Source: an uncultured Candidatus Rokubacteria bacterium (GTDB lineage Bacteria > Methylomirabilota > Methylomirabilia > Rokubacteriales > DASRDR01). Taken from it: a stretch of 64,000 bases of DNA. Under the pieces are notes generated by a model. It searched no databases. It worked only from the letters and a program-made list of their open reading frames with translations, and had not been told where the DNA came from. Below are positions 50,575 through 60,787 of this stretch, piece after piece. The position numbers and the translations under genes were made by a program. The stretch covers positions 64,001-128,000 of the forward strand of contig CAVPSB010000019.1 of the NCBI GenBank assembly GCA_963708025.1, read 5' to 3'. Position 1 is the first letter of the stretch, and every line of letters begins with the position of its first letter.

Positions 50575-52956
50575 ATGGACGACCCGACCCGTCACGACTC
50601 GGCGACCGCCCTCGCCCGCACGCCGCTCTTCTCGCACCTCGGGCGGCTCGACCTCGCCCGGCTGGCCGGCGAGCTCGAGGAGCTGACATTCGCCAAGGGC
50701 GACGCCATCGTCCGCGAGGGCGACCCGCCGGACGGCTTCTACGTCATCAACTCGGGTCGGGTCGTCGTGGTGACCCGGGCCCCGGCCGGGAACGGCAGCC
50801 CGCTCTCGTGGCTGTCTCCCGGGGAGTGCTTCGGCGAGATCGCCCTCCTGACCGATTCGCCGCGGACCGCCACGGTGATGGCGGAGGCCGACACCACGGT
50901 CTGGCGGCTCTCGCGGGCGCGCTTCGAGGCGCTGCTCGGCCAGGAGCGGAGCATCGCCCAGAGCATCGAGCGGTCCCTGAGCCTACGGCTGGCGGCGACG
51001 AGTCACGAGGCGGGCGCGCTGCGGGCGCTCGTGGAGACGTTGCTCGCCCGCACGCTGAGCCCGGCGGCCAGCCGCCTCATGGCGGGCCTCCTCCGGCGCG
51101 AGACGTGGCCCCGCGAGGCGGTCGTGAGGGCGTGCGCGCAGGCGGCGGCGTCCGAGGCGCTGGCCGAGCTGGAGGCGTACCCGGGCTTCCTCCGCTCGGA
51201 CGGGTCGCGGCTGGTCGTCGATCGGACCTTCGCCGTGGTGGCGGGCGAGGCGACGAGCGAACCGGACTCCGTCTGGTGCGAGGCGGCCGCCGCCGAGCTG
51301 GTGGCGGCGGGCGACCCGGCCGGGGCGCTCGATCTCGAGCTCGAGGTCGGCGCCTTCGAGCGCGCGGCCCGCCGGCTCGCCGAGAACGAGGCGGCCCTGG
51401 CGGCCGTCGCGACCTCGGCGGACGTCCAGCGCTGGCTCGCCGCGGTCGGAGACCGCGAGCCGACGCTGGCCGATCGGCTCCAGGCCCTGCGCCGGCGCCT
51501 CGATGGGGGCGCCGCGCCGCCCCCGGTGACCAGCTCCCGGTCGCCGGTGTGGTCGTGGCGGGGGGCGCCCGGGGCCCGGGTGGTCGGCTCGGTGGCGGCC
51601 CTGGTCGTCTTCGGCCTCGGCTGGCTCCTTCCGGTGCCGGACGGGCTGGATCGGGCGGGTTTCGCGGCCCTGGCGTCGATTCTCGCCACGGTGCCCCTGC
51701 TGGTGTGCGCGGTCTTCCCGGACTACGTCGTGATGCTGCTGCTCCTGCTCGCCCTCGTGGTGCCCGGCTCCGTCCCCGGGGCGACGGTTCTGGCCGGGTT
51801 CGCGACGCCGGCCTGGATCATGATCCTGACGCTCCTGGCGGTGGGGAGCGCGATCTCCCGGTCGGGTCTCATGTTCCGGCTCGTGCTGCTGTCGCTCGAG
51901 CGCCTGCCGCGGGGCTTCGTGCCGCAGAGCCTGGTCCTCTGTCTCACGGGTGTCCTTCTGACGGCCGGGCTGACGAGCGGGGCGACCCGCATCGCGCTCG
52001 GCGTGCCGATCGCGCGCGGCATCGCCGACGCCATGGGATTCAAGCCGCGGAGCCCGGGGTCGGCCGCCCTCGGGCTCCTCACGTTCTTCTCCTTCCTCCA
52101 GATGGGCGAGCTGTTCATGACCGGCACCTTCACCGGGCTCGTGGTGCACGATCTGCTTCCGGTCGCGGTGCGGCGGGGCATCACCTGGTGGCGCTGGTTT
52201 TTCGTTTTGCTGCCGGTCTTCGTCCTGGTCTTCGCGCTCAACTACGCGACCATCCTCGCCATCTTCAAGCCCCACCGCCAGGCGCGCGTCAACCTGCGGG
52301 CGATCCACTTCCAGCACGCCCTCCTCGGTGGCGTCACGCGGAACGAGGTGTTGAGCGCCGTGGTGCTGGTCGCGCTCGTGGTCGGCTTCGCGACCCGGGA
52401 GCTCCACGGCCTCGCTCCCGCCTGGCTCGCGGTCGCGGCCTTTCTCCTCCTCTTCGCGCTCGGCGCCCTCGACCAGAGCGCCCTGCAGGGCGGCGGGACG
52501 CTCGGGCTCCTGGTGTACTCCGGCGTGATCCTGAGCCTCGGGCCGGTCTTCGCCGACCTGCACATCGACGCCTGGCTGGCCTCGCTCGTCGAGAGCGGCA
52601 TGCCCGCGCTCATTCAGAACCCCTATGGCTTCGTCCTCGTCGTCGCGCTGGCCGCCTTCCTCCTGCACTTCTTCGTGCCGTGGATGACGGCGACCACCCT
52701 CCTCGCGCTGGTGACGATGCCGCTGGCCCAGGCCCTGGGCTTCCACCCGTTCATCCCCGTCCTGGTGGCGCTGGTGGCCGGCGACCACACCGTGCTGCCG
52801 TACGTCAATTCCGGCTACGCGATCGTCTACTTCGCGAGCGAGGGCGAGCTCTTCAGCCATGCCCAGGCCCGGTGGCCGCTGGTGCTGGAAGCGCTCTACC
52901 GGATCGTGGCGCTTCTGGCGAGCGTGCCCGTGTGGAAGCTGGCCGGGCTCATGTGA
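50575..52956 (+). CDS. Cyclic-nucleotide-binding domain fused to an SLC13/DASS-type permease
   Basis: IVREGD, FGEIALL..PRTATV phosphate-binding cassette; helical linker; many TMs with GFA.P.W, SGL..RL, S.T.R, FMTG. Confidence 0.82.
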   Translation: MDDPTRHDSATALARTPLFSHLGRLDLARLAGELEELTFAKGDAIVREGDPPDGFYVINSGRVVVVTRAPAGNGSPLSWLSPGECFGEIALLTDSPRTATVMAEADTTVWRLSRARFEALLGQERSIAQSIERSLSLRLAATSHEAGALRALVETLLARTLSPAASRLMAGLLRRETWPREAVVRACAQAAASEALAELEAYPGFLRSDGSRLVVDRTFAVVAGEATSEPDSVWCEAAAAELVAAGDPAGALDLELEVGAFERAARRLAENEAALAAVATSADVQRWLAAVGDREPTLADRLQALRRRLDGGAAPPPVTSSRSPVWSWRGAPGARVVGSVAALVVFGLGWLLPVPDGLDRAGFAALASILATVPLLVCAVFPDYVVMLLLLLALVVPGSVPGATVLAGFATPAWIMILTLLAVGSAISRSGLMFRLVLLSLERLPRGFVPQSLVLCLTGVLLTAGLTSGATRIALGVPIARGIADAMGFKPRSPGSAALGLLTFFSFLQMGELFMTGTFTGLVVHDLLPVAVRRGITWWRWFFVLLPVFVLVFALNYATILAIFKPHRQARVNLRAIHFQHALLGGVTRNEVLSAVVLVALVVGFATRELHGLAPAWLAVAAFLLLFALGALDQSALQGGGTLGLLVYSGVILSLGPVFADLHIDAWLASLVESGMPALIQNPYGFVLVVALAAFLLHFFVPWMTATTLLALVTMPLAQALGFHPFIPVLVALVAGDHTVLPYVNSGYAIVYFASEGELFSHAQARWPLVLEALYRIVALLASVPVWKLAGLM

Positions 52957-52961
52957 CGATC

Positions 52962-53046
52962 TCGGGGGGTCTTCCGAGACCCCCCCGATGCCCCCCCCCT
53001 CGGAGGCCGCGACTGTTGGACGGCCTCGGCCGGGCCGCGGCTCGAA
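52962..53046 (+). repeat. Family D repeat
   Basis: tcgggggg-tcttccgaga-cccccccga, C-tract, second hairpin, ctcgaa; follows a TGA stop. Confidence 0.75.
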
Positions 53047-53144
53047 GTGGAACACCACGGCCGCGCGGCCAAGTCCTCGCGCTACGAGAAACCAATGGGC
53101 GGCGGGAATCGGACGTTGCCCGAAGGCCGTCCGCTTCGATTCGG

Positions 53145-53804
53145 TCAGACGGGGGCGGAGCTGCGGGCGGAGGTGGGACGGCCCGAGCTGAGACCTCCGG
53201 GCGAGCGGGGGCGCGAGATGTAGGCGTTGCCCCGGATCCAGAAGCGGAGCGGCAGGTCGGTGGCCCGCGTGATCCCGATCCGGGGCCCGGTGGCCACGTC
53301 GAGGTCGGCGCCATCGCCGGCTGCCGTGATGGTCAGCGGCCCGCGAGTGAGGTCGGCGCCGTTCTCGCGGAGCGTGATGGCGAGGGCCCGGGTGAGCTTC
53401 GCCGGCCCGTTGGCCAGGGCGGGGGAGCCGGGCGGCAGGCCGCGCCGGCGGGCCATCAGCTCCTCCCCGGCCACCGGCTCCAGCGCCCGGATCAGCACGC
53501 AGCCCGGCGTTCCCCGTCGGCCGGTGATGGCGTTCAGGCAGACGTGCATCCCGTAGGCGAGGAAGACGTAGGCAACGCCGCCGGGACCGAAGAAGAGGGC
53601 GTGGGAGGAGGGGCGGAAGGCGGCGTGCGAGGCCGCGTCCTCCGAGCCGAGGTACGCCTCCGTTTCGACGATCCGGCCCGCGGTCAGGGCCCCACCGAGC
53701 CTGGAGCGCAGGACCGAGCCCAGGAGGGCCCGGGCCACCTCGGCCGCTGGCCGCAGGTAGAACCGGCGGGGGAGCGGGTCGGCGCGGGCGCGGCGGGCGG
53801 TCAG
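53145..53804 (-). CDS. mpg: DNA-3-methyladenine glycosylase (MPG/AAG family); probable CTG start
   Basis: LPRRFY...VARALLG, GRIVETEAY..EDAASHA, YGMHVCLN, VLIRALEP, NGPAKL, GPRIGI. Confidence 0.88.
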   Translation of the reverse strand: MTARRARADPLPRRFYLRPAAEVARALLGSVLRSRLGGALTAGRIVETEAYLGSEDAASHAAFRPSSHALFFGPGGVAYVFLAYGMHVCLNAITGRRGTPGCVLIRALEPVAGEELMARRRGLPPGSPALANGPAKLTRALAITLRENGADLTRGPLTITAAGDGADLDVATGPRIGITRATDLPLRFWIRGNAYISRPRSPGGLSSGRPTSARSSAPV

Positions 53805-54361
53805 GGCCTGAACCGGCGGAGCAGCGCCTCCAGTTCGCCGGCCGTGTCCAGCCGGTGGCGCTCCAGCGTCTCGTACCGCTCGCGCAGCTCGCGACTCGCG
53901 CCGAGCGCGCTCTCGTGCTCGCGCTGGAGGGCCTGGTGGGCCGAGCGGAGGTCGGCCAGGGCCTGCGCGGCCTCGGCGTGCTCGCGCTGGAGAGCCTGGT
54001 GGGCCGAGCGGAGCTCGGCGAGGGCCTGGGCGGCGCCGGCGTGCTCGCGCTGGAGGGCCTGGTGGGCCGAGCGCAGCTCGGCGAGGGCCTGCGCGGCGCC
54101 GGCGTGCTCGCGCTGGAGAGCCTCGTGGGCCGGGCGCAGCTCGGCCAGGGCCTGCGCGGCCTCGGCGTGCTCGCGCCTCAGTCGCTCGTGGTCTTGCTGG
54201 CGATCATGCAGCTCTCCCTGAAGGGACTCGCAGCGTCCCCGCAACTGCTCGTGCTCGCCGGTGAGCTGATCGACCTGACGGATGAAGCCATCCCAGTCCG
54301 TCACGATCGACCGGACCATGTTGACGACCTCCCGAAGCGGTCCGACCCGGATCTCCTCCAT
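53801..54361 (-). CDS. Coiled-coil protein with 21-aa tandem repeats
   Basis: GGAGG RBS; (REHAxAAQALAELRxAHxALQ)x4. Confidence 0.75.
   Translation of the reverse strand: MEEIRVGPLREVVNMVRSIVTDWDGFIRQVDQLTGEHEQLRGRCESLQGELHDRQQDHERLRREHAEAAQALAELRPAHEALQREHAGAAQALAELRSAHQALQREHAGAAQALAELRSAHQALQREHAEAAQALADLRSAHQALQREHESALGASRELRERYETLERHRLDTAGELEALLRRFRP
53915..54175. repeat. 63-nt tandem repeat, about 4 copies
   Basis: gtgctcgcg recurs at 53915, 53978, 54041, 54104 and 54167. Confidence 0.92.
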
Positions 54362-54652
54362 CGCACCTCCTCCAGGGCTCGGGGAACGGGGCCGCCCGGA
54401 CCCGCCCGGGGCGGCGCGGCCATTGTACCCCGCGGCGCCGGGGCCCGGCGGCGCCGGTCGATTCGCGCTCACCCCCGGTCCGGGACCCGCGCCGCGCTCC
54501 CTCTCGCTCGGTCCTCCCGCAGCCGTCGAGGCACGGCGCTTGCTGAACAGGCCCGCCCGCCGGACGCGAACGCGAACTGGCGCGGGGCGTGGGACCGGAG
54601 GCGGCTACGGAGCGATACGCGACGTGCACGATCGGAGACGGGAGGAGGAGTC

Positions 54653-54952
54653 ATGCGGGCCATGCGTCGGGTGGTGACCGGGTGGGTGGCGGGGCTGCTC
54701 CTGGTTGGCGCGGCCGGGGCGGACCTGGCGGCCGCCGCGCTGCCGGGGACGGAGCGACGGGAGCCGGCTGGACTGGACGCCAAGGCGGCGCGGCGGCGCT
54801 GGGCGCTGGCCAGGATGGACGAGATGGACAACGAGCGTCTCCGCTGCCGGGCTCGCTTCACCAAGAAGCACGAGGTCGAGGCCTGCGAGGCGGACTACAC
54901 GCGCCGCTTCCGCCAGTACAACGAGATCTACCTGGAGGGTCTCCGCGACTGA
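54653..54952 (+). CDS. Small secreted hypothetical protein with a Cys pair
   Basis: GGAGGAG RBS, signal peptide, RLRCRARF...EACEADY. Confidence 0.65.
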   Translation: MRAMRRVVTGWVAGLLLVGAAGADLAAAALPGTERREPAGLDAKAARRRWALARMDEMDNERLRCRARFTKKHEVEACEADYTRRFRQYNEIYLEGLRD

Positions 54953-54956
54953 CGAT

Positions 54957-55985
54957 CTAGGTCAGGTCGACGAGGATCTTCATCACCGGCCCGCCGCCGA
55001 GCGCCTGCTCCATGCCGTCCTGAAGCCCCTCCAGCGGGATGCAGCGGCTGACGAGGGGCGCCAGCGGGACCGCGCCGGAGGCCCCGAGGCGGATCGCCTC
55101 CTCCCAGTCTTCCCGGGCGTAGAGCCGGCTGCCGTGCATGGACAGCTCGCGCGCGAACATGCGGTAGAGGTTCACCGGCACCGGCTCGGCGTGGATGGCG
55201 ACCAGGCTCACGGTTCCCCACACCCGGACGACCTCGGTCATCGCCCGGACGGCCGCCGGGTTGCCGGTGACCTCGAAGGCCACGTCCACACCCGCTCCGT
55301 CGGTCCAGTCCTCGGCGAAGCGGACCACGTCGGCGCCCGGGCCCACGGTCTGGAGCCCGAGCTTCTGGAGCATCTCCACGCGGAACGGGTTCACCTCGGC
55401 GACGGCCACCCGGGCGCCGCGGTGGCGGCCGACGAGCGCGATCAGCGTGCCGATCGGGCCGCCGCCGAACACCAGCACGGCGTCCCCGGCCTTCACTCCG
55501 GCGCGGCGGACGTCGTGGGTGGCGACAGCGAGGGGCTCGATGAGCGCTGCGTGATCATCGGAGAGGGCGTCGGGGATGCGGAGGAGCCGCTCCCCCGGCA
55601 CGGCCCAGTACTCCTGCAGCCCGCCCGGGAGGTCCACGCCGAGGACCTTCAGCTCGTAGCAGATGTAGGAGGCGCCCATCCGGCAGGCCCGGCATTTGCC
55701 GCAGAACTGGAGCGGCTCGACGACGACCCGGTCGCCGGCCTTGAAGTCGCTGTAGGCCGGGGCCTGGATCACCTCGGCGAACGTCTCGTGGCCGAGAATG
55801 CCGCCCTTCGGCACCCGGTGGTCCAGGTGGCCCTGGAAGATGTGGAGATCGGTGCCGCAGATGCCCACGCGGCGGACGCGGAGCAGCGCCTCCCGCTGGC
55901 CCGGCACCGGCACCGGCGCCGTCCCCGACTTGAAGCTCCGGGCGCCCTGGTAGAACGCCGCCCGCATCGTGCTCGATCGTGGCAT
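54957..55985 (-). CDS. Zn-dependent alcohol/sugar-acid dehydrogenase (MDR)
   Basis: GICGTDLH, GHE, CGKCRAC...C, EPLAV, GGGPIG. Confidence 0.92.
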   Translation of the reverse strand: MPRSSTMRAAFYQGARSFKSGTAPVPVPGQREALLRVRRVGICGTDLHIFQGHLDHRVPKGGILGHETFAEVIQAPAYSDFKAGDRVVVEPLQFCGKCRACRMGASYICYELKVLGVDLPGGLQEYWAVPGERLLRIPDALSDDHAALIEPLAVATHDVRRAGVKAGDAVLVFGGGPIGTLIALVGRHRGARVAVAEVNPFRVEMLQKLGLQTVGPGADVVRFAEDWTDGAGVDVAFEVTGNPAAVRAMTEVVRVWGTVSLVAIHAEPVPVNLYRMFARELSMHGSRLYAREDWEEAIRLGASGAVPLAPLVSRCIPLEGLQDGMEQALGGGPVMKILVDLT

Positions 55986-56013
55986 GTCCGGTCCTCCCGC
56001 TCGGGCAGATTGT

Positions 56014-56100
56014 TTGGGACCTCCCTGCCACCCCCCAGCCCCCCTCCCCAACCCGTTGGATGGCCTTCGGCCTTTGGCCGGGGGGAGGGGGGTGCCGGAG
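56014..56100 (-). repeat. Family B repeat copy 4 with the GGCC-TTC-GGCC module in its loop
   Basis: gggacctccctgccaccccccagcccccctcccc...gttggatggccttcggcctttgg...ggggagggggg. Confidence 0.8.
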
Positions 56101-56133
56101 CGGCCGAGAGGCTGCCTGGAGGCATTCGTTCGG

Positions 56134-57168
56134 TCAGCCGACGCCCAGCTCCTTGCGCACCAGGCGGGCGCCGGCGGCCAGCGCGGCGATCTTGCCGTTG
56201 CACATCGCGCGCGGGCTCCAGCCGAAGCCGCAGTCGGGATTGACGACCAGCCGCTCGGCTGGCCACACCTTCAGCACCCGGCGAATCCGGTCGGCCACGT
56301 CCTCCGGCGTCTCGGGGTAGAAGCCCTTGACGTCGATGACCCCGGCGCCCAGCTCGCGCCCCTCGTTCGCGTAGGGCGCCCATAGGTCGAGCTCGGCCAT
56401 CTCGCGCCCGGCGAACTCGATGACGAACTGGTCCGCGTGCGCCTGGAGGAGACCGGGCAGGTACGGGCGGTAGCTGCGGTCGAAGCGCGAGCGGCCGAAG
56501 CGGTTCCCGAAGCAGACATGGAAGGCGAGCTTGGCCTTCACGCCCTCGGTCGCCTTGTTGTAGAGTCGCGCCATCTCCGGGCCGGTGACGTTCCCGCGGG
56601 CCGGCTCGTCGAGCTGGATGAGGTTGGCGCCGGCCGCGACCAGCCCCTTGAGCTCGTGATTGATGACTTCGGCGAAGCGCTCGGCCACGTGGACCACACC
56701 CTTGTAGATCTTGCCGGGGTGGATGCGGGAGCCGAAGGTGAGCGGGCCGGCGCAGGTCGCCTTGGTGGCCCGGGTCGTGTGGGCCTGGAGATACTGGAAC
56801 TCCTTGACGATCCCCAGTCCGCCCTCCGGCGTCTCGATGGGGCCGACCGCCTCGTAGCGGGTCTGCTGGTCGTAGCCCCAGGGCCCCACCTTCCGCCGGA
56901 CTGGGATGGCCTGGATCCCCTTGATGATGGCGTAGTAGGAGTCCACGTATCCGTCGAGCCGCCGCACCTCGCCGTCGGTGATGATGTCGAGGCCGGCCCG
57001 CTCCATGTCCCGGATGGCGGTGTCGGCCGCGTCGTCGAGCATCTCATCGAGGTCGGCCGGACCCAGATCGCCGGCCTCCCAGGCCTTGATGGCAACGTAC
57101 CACCAGCCGGGCTTCCCGTGGGAGCCGACGACGGTCGAGGGGATGAGGGGCCGCGGCGTCGCGGTCAT
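56134..57168 (-). CDS. Short MetE-like zinc protein
   Basis: STVVGSHGKP, TDGEVRR, QLDEP, HVCFGN, VIEFA, NPDCGF. Confidence 0.88.
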   Translation of the reverse strand: MTATPRPLIPSTVVGSHGKPGWWYVAIKAWEAGDLGPADLDEMLDDAADTAIRDMERAGLDIITDGEVRRLDGYVDSYYAIIKGIQAIPVRRKVGPWGYDQQTRYEAVGPIETPEGGLGIVKEFQYLQAHTTRATKATCAGPLTFGSRIHPGKIYKGVVHVAERFAEVINHELKGLVAAGANLIQLDEPARGNVTGPEMARLYNKATEGVKAKLAFHVCFGNRFGRSRFDRSYRPYLPGLLQAHADQFVIEFAGREMAELDLWAPYANEGRELGAGVIDVKGFYPETPEDVADRIRRVLKVWPAERLVVNPDCGFGWSPRAMCNGKIAALAAGARLVRKELGVG

Positions 57169-57216
57169 CGAGGGCTCTCCTTTGCGGGGTTCCGGGTTCG
57201 CGGTGGCGCGCGCTCG

Positions 57217-58050
57217 TTACTTGAATCGCTCGATGCCGGTGCCTCGGTAGAGGATCCGCGCCGAGCGCTCCATGATGGCCGCGTGGTAGGCGAAGGCCTC
57301 GGGGGAGGCGTCGGCGGCTGGGCGGCGCTCCGGCTCGAAGTGGCCGAACTCGTCCACCCCGCGGACCAGCATGGCGCTGTCGCCCTCCCCGGCCACCTGC
57401 CGGACGTGGGTCGGGAGGTAGCGGATGGCGAAGCCGATGCGCCGGTCGTCCGAGCGGTTCGGCAGCGAGCCGTGGAACATGCGCACGTGGTGCAGCGAGC
57501 TCTCGCCGGCCCGCAGCACGACGTCGACGGCCTGCGCCTCGTCGACCTCCACGGCGATCTCCTGGCCGCGGCTCAGCAGGTTGTGGGGCGCGAAGGTGTC
57601 GCGATGCGGCACCTGCTCGCGATGGGTCCCTGGGATCATGCGCATCGCGCCGCTCTCGACGGTGCTGTCGGTGATCGCGACCCAGGCGGTGACGACGTCG
57701 GGCTCGGAGAGCCCCCAGTACGTCGCGTCCTGGTGCCAGGAGACGTAGGCGGCGTCGCGCGGCTCCTTGACGAAGAAGCTCGAGCTCCAGACCAGGAGGT
57801 TGGGGCCGAGGATGTCCTCGACCGTGTCGAGGATGACCGGGTGGCGCACCAGCGCGTCGAGCCAGGTGAAGATGAGGTGCGGCTTGTGACGGAGCTCACC
57901 GCCGAGCGCCCCTCGCTGCTGCGTCGCCTCGAAGGCCTCGAGCCTCCGCCGGCACTCGCGGGCCTCGTCGGTGGAGAGCACCCGGACCGGGAAGTAGAAG
58001 CCGTCGCGGTGGTACCGCTCGACCGCGGCGGGGGACAGGCGCTTCGGCAC
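57217..58050 (-). CDS. Phytanoyl-CoA dioxygenase (PhyH) family Fe(II)/2OG oxygenase
   Basis: FFVKEP, WHQDATYW, IPGTH, HGS.PN....RR. Confidence 0.9.
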   Translation of the reverse strand: MPKRLSPAAVERYHRDGFYFPVRVLSTDEARECRRRLEAFEATQQRGALGGELRHKPHLIFTWLDALVRHPVILDTVEDILGPNLLVWSSSFFVKEPRDAAYVSWHQDATYWGLSEPDVVTAWVAITDSTVESGAMRMIPGTHREQVPHRDTFAPHNLLSRGQEIAVEVDEAQAVDVVLRAGESSLHHVRMFHGSLPNRSDDRRIGFAIRYLPTHVRQVAGEGDSAMLVRGVDEFGHFEPERRPAADASPEAFAYHAAIMERSARILYRGTGIERFK

Positions 58051-58077
58051 GGTGGGCCTCCGTGTATGTGGTGGCGT

Positions 58078-58184
58078 CTAGTGCCGTTCCAACTTGTTCC
58101 AGCTAGTGCTTTCGAGCCATACGGCAAGGCCGTGCTTCAAGTATCGCTTGCCCATTGTGGCTCATGTATTTGGAACGGCACTAG
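58078..58184. mobile_element. 107-bp MITE with perfect 15-bp terminal inverted repeats
   Basis: ctagtgccgttccaa ... ttggaacggcactag around an AT-richer non-coding interior. Confidence 0.75.
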
Positions 58185-58185
58185 C

Positions 58186-58941
58186 TTAGGAAGCGGGATC
58201 GTCCGGTGTCAAGCGGGCGGAGCGATCGGGCGGGGCGATGTCGCCTCCGATCACCCGGAGCACTGCCGGCTGGCCCGTGACCTCGCCGGGAGCGCCGTCG
58301 TAGATGACCTCACCGCGCTCGATGACGTAGAGGCGGCTGGCCTGGGCCGGCACGTGGTGGATGTTGGACTCCGCCAGGAGGATGCCGCAGCCGAGCCTGG
58401 CGATGGCCGCGATGCTCTCGCCGATGCGGGGGATGATCGCGGGCGACAGCCCCTCGAACGGCTCGTCGAGGAGCAGGAGGTCGGGATCCAGGGCCAGCGC
58501 CCGGGCGATCGACAGCATCTTGCGCTCGCCGCCCGACAGCCGCATCCCGCCCCGGCTGGCGTAGCCGCGAAGCTCGGGGAAAACGCCGTAGGCTCGCTCG
58601 ATCCGCTCCGGCGCCGGGCGCGCCGTCGGGCGCGTCCAGGTGGCGATCTCGATGTTCTCGGCCACCGACAGGTCGCCGAACACCCCACCGTCCTCTGGGG
58701 CGAAGGCGATGCCGAGCCGGGCGATCTCGTGGGTCCGCCGGCCGCCCAGCGGGCGCCCGCGGAACTCGATCCGTCCCGACGCTGGCCGGAGATAGCCCAT
58801 GATCGTGCGGAGCGTCGTCGTCTTGCCGGCGCCGTTCCGCCCGACCAGGCACACGAGGCGGCCGGGCTCGACCGCGAGCGTCACGTCGCGCAGGATGTGG
58901 CTCTGCTCGATGAAGACGTTGACGGACTCGAGGCGCAGCAT
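58186..58941 (-). CDS. livF: Branched-chain ABC ATPase
   Basis: GRNGAGKTT, LSGGERKM, LDEPFEGLSP. Confidence 0.88.
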   Translation of the reverse strand: MLRLESVNVFIEQSHILRDVTLAVEPGRLVCLVGRNGAGKTTTLRTIMGYLRPASGRIEFRGRPLGGRRTHEIARLGIAFAPEDGGVFGDLSVAENIEIATWTRPTARPAPERIERAYGVFPELRGYASRGGMRLSGGERKMLSIARALALDPDLLLLDEPFEGLSPAIIPRIGESIAAIARLGCGILLAESNIHHVPAQASRLYVIERGEVIYDGAPGEVTGQPAVLRVIGGDIAPPDRSARLTPDDPAS

Positions 58942-58960
58942 TCGATTCGGGTCCTCCCGC

Positions 58961-59812
<852 letters not shown>

Positions 59813-59839
59813 TGTAGGCGACCTCTGGCAACGGCAGGT

Positions 59840-60787
59840 TCAGGGCGCTGACCTCCGCTCCCGGACGGCCAGCCCGGCGAGTCCCCCCGGGGCCCAGATG
59901 ACCAGGACGGCCAGGATCGCCCCGAAGATGAGGCGCCAGTACGGCACGATCGACATGATCGTGTCCTGGAGGAAGATGAACACGAACGCCCCGAGCACCG
60001 GGCCGAAGAAGTGCCCGAAGCCGCCGAGGAGCGTCATGAACACGATGTTGCCGGAGTGGGTCCAGTAGGCGAGGGTCGGGTCCACGTTGCCGGTCGGCGG
60101 ACCGAGGAGCCCGCCGCCGACGGCCGCGTACACGGCCGAGATCAGGAAGGCGTACCAGCGGTAGCGGGTCACCGTGATGCCCAGGCTCTCGGCCTTGGCC
60201 GGGTTGTCGCGGACGGCGCGCAGGCAGAGCCCGAAGGGGGAGTGGACGATCCGCCACATCGCCAGGGCGGCCACCGCGAGGACGGCCAGCGAGTAGTAGT
60301 AGTAGGGGCCGATCAGCCAGGCGACCTTCGGCATGTCGTCCAGGCTCTGGCCGAGGAGCCACGGGCGGAGCACGCGCATTCCCTCGTCCCCACCGGTCAG
60401 CCGGTAGAACTTGAGCAGGAACGTGTAGAAGACCATGCCGAAGGCGAGGGTCAGCATGCCGAAGTAGATCTTGACGTAGCGGACGCAGAGGGCGCCCACC
60501 GGCGCCGCCAGCGCGGCGCCCAGGACGGCCGCCACGACCAGCATCACCTCGAAGGAGCGCACCGGGGTGTGGGTGGTGAGGACGGCGCCCGTGTAGGCGC
60601 CGATTCCGATGAAGAGCGCGTGGCCGAACGAGACGAGGCCCGTGTAGCCGAAGAGCAGGTTGAGCCCGAGGAGGATCACGGCGTACGCCATGAAGGGGAG
60701 CATGAGCGTCAGGTGGTACGCCGGGGCGACCAGCGGGAGGCCCACGAGGGTGGCCACGGCCCCGCCCAGGACGAGCGGACCCTTCAC
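59840..60787 (-). CDS. livM: Branched-chain ABC permease
   Basis: GYTGLVSFGHA, YFGMLTLAF, TGGDEG, SPFG..LRAVRDN. Confidence 0.9.
   Translation of the reverse strand: MKGPLVLGGAVATLVGLPLVAPAYHLTLMLPFMAYAVILLGLNLLFGYTGLVSFGHALFIGIGAYTGAVLTTHTPVRSFEVMLVVAAVLGAALAAPVGALCVRYVKIYFGMLTLAFGMVFYTFLLKFYRLTGGDEGMRVLRPWLLGQSLDDMPKVAWLIGPYYYYSLAVLAVAALAMWRIVHSPFGLCLRAVRDNPAKAESLGITVTRYRWYAFLISAVYAAVGGGLLGPPTGNVDPTLAYWTHSGNIVFMTLLGGFGHFFGPVLGAFVFIFLQDTIMSIVPYWRLIFGAILAVLVIWAPGGLAGLAVRERRSAP

Noticed and set aside
53915..54175. 63-nt periodicity as a CRISPR array
   Set aside because: Whole units repeat in frame within a coding sequence; there are no unique spacers
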